NCBI GenBank assembly: GCA_052168235.1
Contig: JBQLZK010000036.1
Coordinates: 11,498 to 75,497, forward strand
Origin: Thainema sp.
Lineage (GTDB): Bacteria; Cyanobacteriota; Cyanobacteriia; Phormidesmidales; Phormidesmidaceae
Length of the DNA: 64,000 bases
Reading direction: 5' to 3'
Part shown: piece by piece, positions 63,336 to 64,000 of the stretch
Position numbering within the stretch: the stretch's first letter is position 1
How the letters are laid out: every line of letters begins with the position of its first letter
Notes under the pieces: generated by a model
The model's input: the letters and a program-made list of their open reading frames with translations, nothing else
Told to the model about the DNA's origin: nothing
Database searches by the model: none
Translations under genes and position numbers: made by a program

Positions 63336-63480
63336 TGGTCAATTTCCAAATTCAACATTGCAATTTCGCACCAGTCATGAAGTATCAGCAAGCAATAGGG
63401 CCAAAATCCAAAAAACGAAAAGTTCCTACCAGGGCTATTTCTCGGTTTTTAGTTTGAGTTTATTTATGCCAATTTACTTA

Positions 63481-63544
63481 CAACAAAAGCCCAGGAAAAA
63501 GCTGATGACCTAACAAAGGCCAGCATGCTTCTCCCGGGCTTTTA
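63481..63544 (-). terminator. Riboswitch expression-platform terminator
   Basis: AAAAGCCCGGGAGAAGC pairs with GCTTTTTCCTGGGCTTTT and overlaps the aptamer 3' end. Confidence 0.7.
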
Positions 63545-63642
63545 TCCCTCCGTGAACCAGCTTGGCACTGCTATACCTGGGCTGGCTGCATCTCTTGGAC
63601 CAAACACCTAATTAGCTTTTAGGCTGGAACCCTAGATGCAAA
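63528..63642 (-). ncRNA. Guanidine-I (ykkC-yxkD) riboswitch
   Basis: TGCATCTAGGGTTCC...TGGTCCAAGAGATGCA...ACGGAGGGATAAAAGCCCGGGAG. Confidence 0.88.
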
Positions 63643-64000
63643 ATCTTAGACTGGTTGTTTTGAAGTAACTAAATAGAACTGGCGAAAGCTGTAGAAAAAT
63701 CGCTGTTTTTCTTTAATTACTTCCCATACATTTCTATCAGCAGGCAATGGATGAATAAGTGTCTCTTGCTACGTATTAATTGTAGAAATGTCTGAAATAT
63801 CAATATCTTCTGACTTTTCAATAAAAATCAGCACTAAAAAAATCAGTACTGATATTAATATGAAATCCGGCTAAAAATCTATAACCTATCAATGTGAAAT
63901 GCTTGCCTGGTAAGTATTTCACATTGACGTTAGCAAGTGGTGCCTGGCGTTGCTGAATAGGTAGATGATTGTCTAAGGTGATCAGAGAAGACGCTTTGAG

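Larger units (their letters stand above)
1..64000. repeat. HIP1 octamer GCGATCGC dispersed throughout
   Basis: Dozens of copies in coding and intergenic DNA (not counted exactly). Confidence 0.95.

Noticed and set aside
1..64000. tRNA, rRNA or integrase genes
   Set aside because: None recognised

Overview
Chromosomal window of a cyanobacterium, judged from abundant HIP1 GCGATCGC octamers, NtcA boxes and cyanobacterial gene families. In order it holds: two TPR genes; a nitrate assimilation operon (nirA-nrtP-narB-psiE-like-narM) with a clear NtcA/NtcB promoter; a divergent cluster of an unusually large system II cytochrome c synthase pair, a Tat Rieske protein and a pentapeptide-repeat protein; an AbiV-like gene; rodA and mrp; Na+/H+ antiporter and TrkA genes; an arsenic/chromate island (arsI-arsR, padR-chrA-acr3-like, gap-arsJ-acr3); an inactivated IS630; histidine kinases; glgB; the ogdA/ssaD TCA bypass; a permease operon; and a sodium:solute symporter behind a guanidine-I riboswitch. 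The most notable non-obvious items are (1) an integrase-free two-cassette integron-like array at 41986-43601, with two attC-like sites and an attI-like site that has dif-like 11-6-11 geometry; (2) nested, modular miniature repeats and long palindromes sharing a GC-NNN-GC loop; (3) the riboswitch-controlled SSS transporter; (4) the extra cytochrome c maturation/Rieske module opposite nirA. All family assignments come from motif recognition by eye; no database searches were run.
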